Shown: positions 26,242 through 39,800 of the stretch, piece after piece
Numbering within the stretch: the first letter of the stretch is position 1
Layout: each line of letters starts with the position of its first letter
Source of the DNA: Octopus vulgaris
Taxonomy: Eukaryota
NCBI GenBank assembly: GCA_951406725.2
Contig: OX597835.1
Span: forward strand, 3,968,001-4,032,000
Length of the DNA stretch: 64,000 nt
Direction of reading: 5' to 3'
Made by a program: the position numbers and the translations under genes
Notes under the pieces: generated by a model
Seen by the model: only the letters and a program-made list of their open reading frames with translations
What the model was told of the DNA's origin: nothing
Database searches by the model: none

Positions 26242-29200
26242 TATTATTACTATTATTCTTGAGTGAGAGAGCAGCAAACACCATCAATACGATGCTGGGG
26301 TACAAATATACAAAGCCCAAATACCCATCATGATTACCCATCTGATAAGGATACGCATGAAACATGTATCACAACCTTATGTATGCAACATGGTGATCAC
26401 ATATCAAGACAAACAGCACATGACTTTGCAGATGTGGTCCGGTTAGAATTTTCTGCAGGTTGAGTATCTCACCCCAATCAAAAGGTCCCTGAATACAAGC
26501 TGTCCAAGGATGATGAAAGAAACACCAATGTTTCCAGGGGTAAATTTATTTAACCCCCCCCCAAAAAAATCCCTCTCAACACATGTCTATGATGCTCCCC
26601 CACTGTTCAGAGCTTGCGATCAGACATGCACATATCTTTAGCCACTGAGAGACTTGCTCAACAGGTTAAAGTCTGTGCTGGTGCAATTGTTAGCATGCTG
26701 GGCACAACTCTTAGCAGCATTTCAGTCATCTTTATGTTCCGAGTTCAAATTCGGCCAAGGTCAACTTTGCTTTCATCCTTTCAGGGTCGATAAAATAAGT
26801 ACCAGTTGTACGCTGGGGTCAATGTAATCAATTTGCCCCTTCTCCACAAACTGCAGACCTTGCACCAAAATATGAAATCAGTATATATAGGAAGGGCATC
26901 CAGCCATAGAAATCATGGCATTGGTCAGCCCGAGGCTATAGTAGAAGACACTTGCCCAAGGTCCCACGCAGTGGGATTGAACTCTGAACCATGTGGCTGA
27001 GAAGCAAGCTTCTTACCACACAGCCACTCCTGCGCCTATATGTATGTATATGTATGTAATTGAATCCTATAATTTATTTAACCACTTCAGAATGACGGCT
27101 GTTCCTCAACCCAGTCTAATGTGTTCTCAATAGAAACACGACTGAGGAGAATTCAGTTCCTTGGTGACCCATTAGTAGCGTAAAATGATAAGAAAAAGAG
27201 AAAGGTATCTTACCTCCAGAGGCAATGTAGAAACCACTCGGAGAATATTTGGCAACCATCACATTACCGGAATGTTCTGTGTACATATCACAGCTGTTGG
27301 GGTTCTACGAGAATAGACAAATCGTTAGCAGTTAGAATGATGACATAACACAGACATTAGACAGCAGGGAATGGGTGGCAGTTAGGGGCTATAGCTAGGA
27401 ATGCCCACTCTAGTTGGGGCCTGCAACCAGGAACGTGGGCCTGCAACCAGGAACGTGGGCCTGCAACCAGGAACGTGGGCCTGCAACCAGGAACATGGGC
27501 CTGCAACCAGGAACGTGGGCCTGCAACCAGGAACGTGGGCCTGCAACCAGGAACGTGGGCCTGCAACCAGGAATGTGGGCCTGCAACCAGGAACGTTGCT
27601 GTTAGGGCTCTGTAATTAGATGTGTAGTCGTCATTCAGGACCCTACAACCAGGGATATCACAACTAGAGGTCTAATAGTATTGAGGGAGCGGAGGGGCAG
27701 TAGTAAACCAGGTTTTAGGCTGTGATGGAGTCCTACAAGCAGGGATACAACTAATGATATCAGGGTTTAGTAATGACAGTGATATCAAAGTCATTGGGGC
27801 ACTAAAACAATGATGTCTTAAATGAAATGGGTTTTAAAAGCGAACTTCATAGCTTCTTGGTATTCTATACTGTGAATATAGATGAAGAAAAAAATGGACT
27901 TTTAGATGGAACATAATATGAAATATTGTATTTGAAACAGACTTACTTCGATGTCTCTGATGACAACATTGTGTCCATTAGTGTAGAGAAAATATTTTCC
28001 TTTGGGGTCAGCGCCTAAAACTATAGGCATACCACGTTGGGTTCGGGGAAGAGTTGGAAATGTGGTTTCTGAAAAATAATGACATTCATAGAAGTAAATT
28101 TTGTTATGGATTAATTTTTAGCCATTTTTTATCTGTTACACTCAAGGCCATGCAGCAGCACTGCTGTTGTACAACTGAATGAAAAATATATTTAAAAACA
28201 TAAAAAAAAAAACATAAAAAAAACAGAGAAAATGTCACAGTGAATCAAATTGAGTTGGAATTTAACCCCAGACATAGTTGGCCCCTTGGTATATTATATG
28301 TAATTGACTAACATTCAGTATCTCCATTTCCAAGATTGTATTAATCTTAGAGTAGTTCTATGTCTTGAAATGTTTCAATTCTAACTTGGAAGTGTCACAA
28401 GTAATTGTTTGATTATTTTGTGGCTTCAAGAGTCTCATGCCAACTTTATCCAACATGTTTGAGTCAGCCATTTAAGGAATGAGTACACACACACACACAC
28501 ACAAACATTTAAGTCAGTCTAATTGTTTCTTCAGTTCACAGGTTCATTAGGCTCAAGTCTATTCCCGTTTCTAAAGTAACCAGGTGGTTGAAACTAGCCC
28601 CTCTTCAGAATGGAATGTTAATCGGCCACAGGGTCAAACCCCAGCTTTTGCTGTGACTCCTTTTCAGTTAAGAGGAATGAAGCAACATAAAACAAAGTAT
28701 TTTGCTCAAAAACACTGAGCCTAGGAATTGAACCAGCAATCCTAACCACTAGGCTTACATACTTTAGCTGTTTCTTTATTAGAATCAATAAATTCCGTGA
28801 ATGCTAGTTAATGTTTAGAATTCCATTTTATTGGTTTGGTAGCCAATGGTCAGTTGCTTCATCTCAACATCATTTCAAGTGTGATCACCTTTACATTCTA
28901 TTTTGCATTGAGACTTACTTGAGTGTGAAAGAGAGTTTGGAAAATGAGTGTGAGAGAGAATGGAAACACAAAAATGTGTGCAAGAAATTTTCCATGCAGA
29001 AAAAAATAATGAACAAATATAAAAAAAAAAGTTGTGTTGACATAATAATAATAATAATAATTGTGTACAGTGCTCAGGTGCACTACAACTCATCTAAAGT
29101 GTATATATAATCAGGTGTAGTTTCGGCGGATTTCGGAAAGCATGAGGGCCTTAAAGGATGCAGTGTCATGGCCGTCAACAACTGACGCAGGCAGTTTATT

Positions 29201-32200
29201 CCATGCTTCAGCAACTCTGAGCGTGAAAAAATGTTTCCGAAAGTCCATATCAAGAATCTTGCAAACTAAATGCAAAAACGAAATTTCATTTTTATTTTAA
29301 TTAAATTTCAAACACAGAAGTTTAATTATCCACTTCCAGAGAACATCTTAATTTAATCAATTTGAAAATTTAAATAAAAAAAACGGAATCTTTGAACCTA
29401 AATTCTTCTTGTTGAGATATGTAAAGTGTTGCTATTCTCAACTTAAAAATACAAACTAGCTGGTTTTTATGAACTGTACTTCACTTTTGGAAGTGAATAT
29501 TTCCTCAAAGAAACCAGAAGTCTACGTTCTGATAATACTCATAATAGCTGTGAAGACTTCACTTCCAAAGATATGTTCACAGTTCAAAGTTAACTAGAAG
29601 CTAAGCTTTGATTAACTTAGACCATTCCAGTTTCAGCTTTGCAAGTGTGTTAATGGCACACACACACAGAAATTATCAAATCAACAAGTTGCTAACCTAG
29701 ATGTTAGTTAGTTTTGGAATAATGTCAAGTTTAGTTCTTCAACTCTCCGGGGCTAATAAATAACAAACAGCAATGCAAACCATATTAATTAGTATTACAG
29801 AGTGGGATTCTCTTTTAAACGTATGATTTATTGCAACTGTAACATAAATTTGTTTATAGCAAACTGGAGATAGGTGTGGAGATAGCCTGGTGCAGCCTCC
29901 TGGCTTCCCAGACCCCAGTCGAACCGTCCAATCCATGCAAGCATGGAAAACGGACATTAAACAATGATGATGATGATGATCACATTGTTTTCAATTAAGC
30001 ATGCATTGTCTTTATAGCTTTGCGATTTCAATGATGTGATCGTTTATTGAATGACAATCACAATGATTGTGGTTGAATGACATTGTAGGATAAGTGTGAG
30101 AGGCCAGACCTGGCCAGTTTGAGCACAAAACAAGTAGAAAATTTGGGGCCAGATATGGCCAGTTTAAATGATAAAGAGTTAATCTATCCCCCAGCTGAAC
30201 ACCACTAGCTGGACCTTGGGTACCTTAATCCCTTCAGTCACTTTGTTCAATATATTGGATAATTTTTCAGCATAAATTACAAAAGAATTATAGATTATAA
30301 TTAAGTTGAGTCACAGTTACCAATTCACTGGACATTTCTAAAATGCATATATATATAACCAAGACCGTGTGATTCTGACTCAGTGTTTGCTCACAAGCTA
30401 CAGAGGATGGCTGTGCCTTCTTGTAAATCTCACAGCTGTAAGTAAATTGGTATTTTTTTTTACCTCGTGTTAGCAAAATTTTTATTTATCCATGCTAAGA
30501 ATTAAACATGTTGAATATTGAATTCTTTAAAAATTTACTCAGTATGAGTTATTTAATTGTATTTTTGTATAAATGAAAAATAAAAATTAAAAAATAGTTT
30601 TACTTTTTTATCCATGACTGAAGTGGTTAAAAAAATCTACTCTAAAATAAACTTATTTCCTTATTATAATGCTTCCTTCTACAACAGTGGTTTTCAACCA
30701 GGGTTCCGCCAGTACAGTCCAGGGGTTCTGCAAGAAGTTACAAAACTGCTAAAATCGGCAGTAATTTTTAATTCTCCTGTGCAGAAGACTATTAAATTAT
30801 TGCACAGGGGTTTCCCGAGCCAGTGGACTGTTTCCTTGGGGTTCCGCTCCAGCAAAAAGATTGAAAAGCACTGTTCTACAACAACAACCCATGAGTTGGC
30901 AGTGGTGGGGAGAATTACCCTTCTTTTAGGTTATTAGGATTGCCCCTCTCCCTTCTAAATCACAGAAGCTGACCTTCCTCTCTCACTAGGACTTAGAAAA
31001 AAAAATAATAATAATAAGGCACTTATCAATTACACAGTACTTCTGTAAGCGCAGCAGTGAGATGGTACCTATTTACGGCCAGATGGATTGAGGCATGAAA
31101 TAGTAGACCACAAAACAATATTTGAACCTCCAGTTTATTTGGCTGGTGGTTCTACACCAAATTATTTCAACCGACTCAATGGAACTGTTGCTATGTGATG
31201 GCTTCAGTTAGATCTAAATTTATGAGAATGTATTTTTACAGAGTACGATATTTAATCCAATATGTTTTTATCTGCCAAATAATATTGAATCTATTACAAG
31301 ATTCTTAGAATAGAAGCTCTTTCTTGTATGCAGATAGGAAATTAGTTTTCAAGCAGTAATAGCCATACTTTGGACATATCTAATTGGTTACGGTAACACC
31401 TACACCATAGGAATGAGTGTTAGTTTATCAACAAGAAATAGCAGATGTAATGGGCTGCTATATCCAAGGATAGAATATAACATGTTATAAGTTTACCAAT
31501 AAGACCAACAACCAATGCTTTAGCACAGAACTGTATAGTGATTACACAAGAAAAACAAAACAAAACAAACAAACAAACAAGAAGAAAACAAAATAAAGGA
31601 AGAATTTATTTCTGGAAGCTCACAGCTCAAATAACAACAGGTTATTTAAAGCATCTCAAGGAAGTGAAAGCCTACAGCTTAAAAATACAAGAAACAGATT
31701 GTGGAAGGAAGTAAAGAAAGAAGTAACTCAAATTTCACAAAGTGGAACATAAATAAAGCATTTGCCATTGATAATGAGACTTCACTTGGCCTGGGATGTG
31801 AACTAAAATAGCTACGAAGAATATTTCTCAATTTTATAGAGCAATATAATTTCAGCTGTTGAAGTAATTTCTCATCATTATCATTTAATGTCCTCCTTCC
31901 ATGCTGGCATGGGTTGGACAGTTTGACAGGAACTGGCCAGGCAGGAGTTTGCTCCATACTACTGTGTCTGTTTTGGCATGGTTTTTTTTATAGCTGGAAG
32001 CCCCTCCTAACACCAACCACCCCACAGAGTGGGCTGAGTGCTTTTTACATGGTACCAACACAAGTGAGGTCAGTTTTGGCATGGGTTTTACAGCTGGATG
32101 CCCTTCCAAATGCCAACCCCTTTACAGTGTGGACTGGATGCTTTTTAAGTGGCACCAGCACTGGCAGGGTCACCAAGCAACAACCAAGACAAAGACTCCT

Positions 32201-32987
32201 TTGGGAGGGGAGGGAACATTGGAGGAGGTGATCTTGTGTCAGATGATGAATGGTTAGGTTGTGACAGACAGACGGAAACAGGTGTCTTACTATAGAGAAG
32301 TGAAGCATGGGTTGGATCGGGTCAGTGGGTGGGTGGGTAACTTGCAAAAGGAGTGAGGGGAGATGAAGGGGGAGGGAATGGAGTGAGTAGGTAGAGGAAG
32401 GGAGAGCATGGGGGCTTGGGAAGAGATTTGACAAGGACATATTGAGTGCAGGTGGGTTGGTGAGTGGGAGAAAGAGAGAAGTGTTGGGAAGATGGGATGT
32501 GGGGAGATTTATCTGCGGACAGATTGTATGGAGGGGCATGGACATAAAGGTCATGCTTTTTTTGGCCTCAATTTTACTTAACTGGGTGGTTCTTAAGACT
32601 ATAGCAAAAACAGACCAACACTTTCAGAAGGAGGAATCGGTAAGAATAAAATGAAAAATTCATATAAATGATTATATTTCAGAGAAATATGATAAACATA
32701 TCCAAAAGTTTTTATGGCCCCATGGTAGTGGCATTTTAACTTGAAGTACTATAAATAACTAGGTCACCATTAGCCCTCACATACTGAAAGAGGACCACAA
32801 TAGACTGTGAGATTAAAATCTCCCTGCATCTTGTTATCTCAACTGTGAAAACAAGGGCTCTTAAAGACTGGCTATGATGGAAATTGAACTCGCAAGTCCT
32901 TCTCCATGCAAATCTAACTCTCTAGCAAATGTCACTCACACCCAGTTTCAGAAACCTTGGAAACGTCCTCAACAAGGAAGCACTACT

Positions 32988-33019
<32 letters not shown>

Positions 33020-33840
33020 CATGCAATACAAAACAAAGATTGTTTCTCTAACATCAGGAAAAAAAAAACTACACCCATTTAATAAGATAAAAAAAACAAT
33101 AAAACACTGAAAGTTTATGAATGAAGAGCCTGGTAGAATAAAATAATGCTTCATTGTTGAGTGTTACAGTAACTATAGCAACTAAAAAAAAACAAAATCA
33201 AGATGTCTGGCACTGGTTCTACTTATTGGCTTTTCTACAGATTTATATAAAGTGGCTGTTTTGATGGGGAAAAAAAAGTTGAGTTGTTTCATTAGCGGCA
33301 GCAGATTTATATAATTAAGCTCTTACAGTAATTGACTTAAAAGCACTAATCAGGTTTGAAGAGGAGATTTAGTTTAAATGTCAATAAATCTCAAAGACAC
33401 AATTCACCGGGATTTTTTAGACAGTCAACTCAGACTAACTTCCAATAAAATGTGATTAAACCTTGTTTTAAGAGATGGGGAATGGTTTAAGGCCAACTTG
33501 GAATAAAAAACCATCATAAGGTGTAGGAGTGGCTGTGTGGTAAGTAGCTTGTTTACCAACATGGTTCCGGGTTCAGTCCCACTGCGTGGCACCTTGGGCA
33601 AGTGTCTTCTACTATAGCCTCGGGCCGACCAAAGCCTTGTGAGTGGATTTGGTAGACGGAAACTGAAAGAAGCCCGTCGTATATATATATATATATATAC
33701 GACGAGCTGGCGGCGAGCTGGCAGAAACGTTAGCGCGCTGGGCGAAATGCTTAGCAGTATTTGGGCCGATGTAATCGACTTAATCCGTTTGTCTGTCCTT
33801 GTTTGTCCCCTCTGTGTTTAGCCCCTTGTGGGCAATAAAG

Positions 33841-33877
<37 letters not shown>

Positions 33878-36800
33878 TGTGTGTTTGTGTGTCTGTGTTT
33901 GTCCCCCTAGCATTGCTTGACAACCGATGCTGGTGTGTTTATGTCCCCGTTACTTAGCGGTTCGGCAAAAGAGACCGATAGAATAAGTACTGGGCTTACG
34001 AAAGAATAAGTCCCGGGGTCGATTTGCTCGATTAAAGGCGGTGCTCCAGCATGGCCGCAGTCAAATGACTGAAGCAAGTAAAAGAGTAAAGAGAGTATAA
34101 CACTACACATCCACATGAAAACAGCACTCCGTCAGATACAACGACGACGAGGGTTCCACTTGATCTGATCAACAGAACAGCCAGCTCATGAAATTAATAA
34201 GCAAGTTGGCTGAGCGCTCCACAGACATGCGAACCCTTAACGTAGTTCTCAGGGAGATTCAGTGTGACACAGAACGTGACAAGGCTGGCCCCCTTTGAAT
34301 TACTGGTACTACTCATTTTTTGCCAGCTGAGTGGATGGGAACAACATAGAATAAAGCGTTGTGCTCAAAGACACAATGTGCCACCAGTTTTCAAACTCAC
34401 AACCTTACGATTGTGAGCTGAATACCCTAACAACTAAACCACACACATGAAAATATACAGTATCCCACAGAAGTATATACACCCCTAAAACATTTCAGTA
34501 GAATTGCCTTTACTCTGATGATATCAAAGGAAATCAAACGAAATTTATACTGAACTAGCAGTATCACCCGGCGTTGCTCGGGTTTGTAAGGGAAATAACT
34601 ATAAAGCATTTTTAGAGAGTTATAGCCAAAAAATAGCAAAAAAATGGAAAAAAATGATGGTAAATTTTTTTTTGAGAGTTAAAAGGTCGAGTTGCGTCCC
34701 CTAGACAGTCTGTGGTTTGTATTTCTGATTCTCGACCCCATGTCGAATTTATCGATTTTTTTCAGAACTGGGGGAACTTTTCAAAATTTTTGCTGCGTTA
34801 GTTTTGAATTATGACATTGGGCTATGTGTGTGTCAAGTTTCATCAGAATCGGTTGAAAGCCATGGTCAGGGTGAGGGTACAACCTAACAGACACACAGAC
34901 AAACTGCCGCTTATATAGAGAGAGATAAAATATATCATACATGCAAACGTTATACAAATTTGGAACACGAAACAATAAACATTTTCAAGGCTATATTAGA
35001 AAACACTTGCCAAAGGTGCCACGCAGTGGAACTGAACCCAGAACCATGTGGTAAGGAAGCAGGCTTCTTACCATACAGCCACGCCCACGCTTATAATTTC
35101 TTGTGCAAATTAAAAATAATTTTCTTCAAATAACAATGACCAATGTAAAAATGCCAGGAGAAATAGTTTATTAGAATTGAAATTATCAGCAATATATGAA
35201 TTTAGTAAAAAAAAAAGTGGATAAAATATTGAATATAGTAAATTTCCTTCAGGGTGTACATATTTTTGTAACATTTAAAAATTAATATTTCATTCATAGC
35301 TTTGAAAATGTTTGTTGTTTTGTATTCCAAATTTGTATAATGTTTGCATGTATGATATATTTCATTCAGTATAACTTTTGTTTGATTTAATTTGATATTG
35401 TCAAAGTAATGGCAATTTCACTGAAATTTTTTAGAAGGGTGCATATTTCTGTGAGATACTGTATATGGTGGAAGTCACTTTGGTGCAGCCATCTGGTTCG
35501 CCAGCCCATGGTCAAACCATCCAACCCATGCTAGCATGGAAAGCGGACGTTAAACAATGATGATGATGATGATCTCACACAAACACATCATCATCATGCA
35601 GACCAATAACCAAAGACATTCTAGCCATGACCATCCCAGATTTTATTCAGCTATAGTACACCAAAAAGAACATTATCCTGTGTACAGTGTAATATTGTGT
35701 GGTGTAATAATAATAATAATGTTGTTGCCATTGTTCCAGGAGGTCAAACAAGTATTCTGAACGTGACCATCCCATCTTTATATATCAGGAACTACATTGT
35801 CCAATCTCTTCTCTGTTTTAGCTGGTAGAATGTAATTTGAGAGAAATTTGGCTGCTATTTCTAGCAAATAGGGAAATCCACCTAGCAGGTCATAGTGAGA
35901 AAAAGTCAAGAGATTCCATTCATCTCAACCATGTGCATCGTACAGGAAACCTGACATTAATTTGAGGTAAGCAGCTGAAAATTACATATTTGCTCGTTAG
36001 AAGTCTCAGCAGCAAGCTGCTTCAATCCAAACGTGCAGCTAACGTATTTATTTGTGCAGAGATGCAAATATAGCAGGCAGGGGATCTAATTTCACCTTGT
36101 CACTGACACCAGAGTTTGTTTGTGTTAAGTATTAAACCTCTTCTAAAATACTTCACAATAAGTTGTGTGAAGGAGTCAGAGGCTCCTCGTGTGAGCAGCT
36201 TGTGTGTGGATGAGAGAAAGAGGCGAGGGGAGAGGAAGAGAGAAGAGGAGAGATGTGTGGCCCACACCTATTCATCTGGTCAGCCACTCACATATCATAG
36301 ATCTGACAGATTAGAGCTGTCCTTGGATTACTCAACAAGAAGAACAGCAACATTGTAAAAGCTTCTCATTTGTATTGTTGCTCACAAAACCACTTTGTTG
36401 TTGTTGTGGTTGTTGTTGTTGTAGTTATTAAAGGCCTAGGTCGGGCCCTGATTGGACTGAATTATGATTAAAGCAACAAGATAAAATCTGTGTCCTTTTT
36501 TTCTTTTTATTTAAGTGGTCAGGTGTGATGTGAGGGAGATAAGCAACTATTTCTAGCAGGTCAACTGACTATATAAAAGCTCCTCATTAGCTTGTTGCTG
36601 CTGCTGTTGTTCTTCTTGTTGTTGTTGTTAAGTAACAAGACGGGTAAGGGTGATTAGGTGATGGTCTAGGGCTTAGGGGTGGGAGACCCCAGACCTTGGA
36701 AAAAAAAAAACTTTGGTCATCTTGTTGTAGTCGAGGGGCTCTTCGTTGACGCCCGACACCACTGGGAGGTGGCCCTCGAAGTCGCTGGAAATGGAGATCT

Positions 36801-39800
36801 CCAGGTCCAAATTCTTGAACGGATGCTGCTGCTGATAATGATGATAATGGAAACTCTGCCTGAACAGGTTCTTTTCTTTTATTCTTTTCCTTTATATGTT
36901 TCAGTCACTTGACTGTGGCCATGCTGGAGTACTGCCTGAAAGGGTTTCCGCAAAAGAAATCGACCTCCCAGGACTTATTCTTTGTAAGCCTAGTACTCAT
37001 TTTATTGGTTTCTTTTGCTGAACTGCTAAGTTACGGGGATGTAAACACACCAACATTGGTTGTCAAGGGATGGGTGGTGGTGGGGCCAAACACAGACACA
37101 AAGACACACCCATAAAAATATATACATGTGTATATGATATGTCCTGAACAGCATACCTCACTGACACTGTTTGTTGTGCCTCTCCACTATCTATCAGTAG
37201 TGGAACAGCCCACTTCTCACTTGGGGGGTGTCCACCACAACAGTGTATGTGTGTGTATATACTCTTTTACTCTTTACTTGTTTCAGTCATTTGACTGCGG
37301 CCATGCTGGGGCACCGCCTTTAGTCGAGCAAATCGACCCCGGGACTTATTTTTTGTAAGCCCAGTACTTATTCTATCGGTCTCTTTTGCCGAACCGCTAA
37401 GTGACGGGGACGTAAACACACCAGCATCGGTTGTCAAGCAATGCTAGGGGGACAAACACAGACACACAAACACACACACATACATATATATAAATATATA
37501 TATATATACGACAGGCTTCTTTCAGTTTCCGTCTACCAAATCCACTCACAAGGCATTGGTCGGCCCGGGGCTATAGCAGAAGACACTTGCCCAAGATGCC
37601 ACGCAGTGGGACTGAACCCGGAACCATGTGGTTGGTTAGCAAGCTACTTACCACACAGCCACTCCTGCGCCTATATAGAAATATTACATTTCTGAATATC
37701 TCAGAGAGATATAAGCAATAGTGGTACGATAGAGTAGTTGTATACTGTCAACTTAAAATTAGAATTCTTATATGTTTGCAAGGACTAGACAAGCATCTCC
37801 AAATAGCAGGCCATGCTACTCGCTACTCCAGACTGATGAAGAGCAAAGCCTCAGAAACTAGTGTCTGGATGCAGGCTTAGCTGGGTGGAGGTGCTTGTCT
37901 CCCCTTTTTAAACATAAGGACACAGGAAATATGTCAAGGCTGACAGAAAGCATTGATGCTTCCTAGGGCTAAATAGCAGTGGTGTGATTCCCTTCATGGG
38001 ACTGTCACATTAAGTTGACAGTATATAACTACTATATATATATAGTAAAAGTATATAACTACTATATATATATAGTAAAAGTATACAACTACTATATATA
38101 TATATATAGTAAAAGACTTGTTCTATTTCTATTCCTGAGCGCCATACTAATACATTTGTGTTGTTTGTACTCCACTTGCCTTCGTCTTTTGTTTATTTTC
38201 GTAAACCTTCCCGTTATGTATGTGTGGTAAGTAGCTTGCTAACCAGCCACATGGTTCCGGGTTCAGTCCCACTGCGTGGCATCTTGGGCAAGTGTCTTCT
38301 GCGATAGCCCCGGGCCGACCAATGCCTTGTGAATGAATTTGGTAGACGGAAACTGAAAGAAGTCCGTCGTATATATGTATATATATATATGTATGCGTGT
38401 GTGTGTTTGTGTGTCTGTGTTTGTCCCCCTAGCATTGCTTGACAACCGATGCTGGTGTGTTTACGTCCCCTGTCACTTAGCGGTTCGGCAAACGAGACCG
38501 ATAGAATAAGTACTGGGCTTACAAAGAATAAGTCCCGGGGTCGATTTGCTCGACTAAAGGCGGTGCTCCAGCATGGCCGCAGTCAAATGACTGAAACAGG
38601 TAAAAGAGTAAAAAGAGTATATATGTACACACACACACACATACACACGCTCATTAGTCTGTGAGCCTGTGTCAAACAGACTCAAATACAGCTGTTTTAG
38701 TCCCTTCTTTTCAACCTCTCCAAATCAGTTGTCCAGAACAAATCCCCAAACAACTGGGTTTAGAGCGTTAACTGAAGATGAGAGCAACAAATATGATAAA
38801 GTGAGGACAATCTGGCTTCCAGGAATGAGAAGTATGCAGCTTTTATCTGACTGGCTCATCTTTTATTGGCTAACATTCAGCTATCCACCATCAACACTCC
38901 TTCGGTTGACACAACTAAAGGAGCGTTTGTCTATGCAGATACAGAAAAAACAATAACAACAAACCTAGTTGTGACTTGCTGGCTTTTCCATCTCACAATT
39001 AGTTTTATTTCTCTCATTTACAAATGGCCAGAGAAGGGAAAGAAAAACTATTTTGTGAAACTAAACTCAAATTAAATACATTCTTTCTTCTTTTTCTATA
39101 GAAATAAAATAATGATGCCAGTTTTATTTGTAAAACTCATTACATTGTATAATATAATTAAATAACAAGCTTGTTAACACCATTTTTCACATGTCAGTGT
39201 ATGTGTGTGTGTAAAATAGTGTGTGCGTGTGTGTAAAATAGTGTGTGTAAAATTGTGTTTGTATAAAATAGTGTGTGTTTGTGTAAACTTGTGTGTGTGT
39301 AAAATAGTGTGTGTGTGTGTAAAATTGAGTGTGTATAAAATAGTGTGTGTGTGCGTGTCTAAAATTGTGTGTGTATAAAATAGTGTGTGTGTGTGTGTAA
39401 AATTGTGTGTGTATAAAATAGTGTGTGTGTAAAATTGTGTGTATAAAATAGTGTGTGTGTGTGTGTAAAATTGTGTGTGTTTAAAATAGTGTGTGTGTAA
39501 AATTGTATGTGTGTAAAATTGTGTATGTGTGTGTGTGTGTGTGTAAAATAGTGTGTGTGTGTGTGTGTACAAGTGTATATGAACAGGCAAGACAAACAAA
39601 ACTGTCTGAATGTGTGTGGGCGTGTTGGTTCAGTGGGTCTTGTACATTTTGGCAATGTTTCAAGCATGAGTAACTTCTCTGCACTTTCGTTGTTCCATAG
39701 ATATGAGGTTGGAGTAAATAGAAGAAACCAAGCTAACCTACATTTGACTCAAAAGACCTCTCTCCATTTTGTGATGAACCAACAAGTGTGCCTCTATGTG

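Noticed and set aside
21983-28068. Functional WDR1 paralog or internal exon-block duplication
   Set aside because: Boundaries coincide with the N gap, the phases are incompatible with tandem inclusion, and exon 4 is scrambled.
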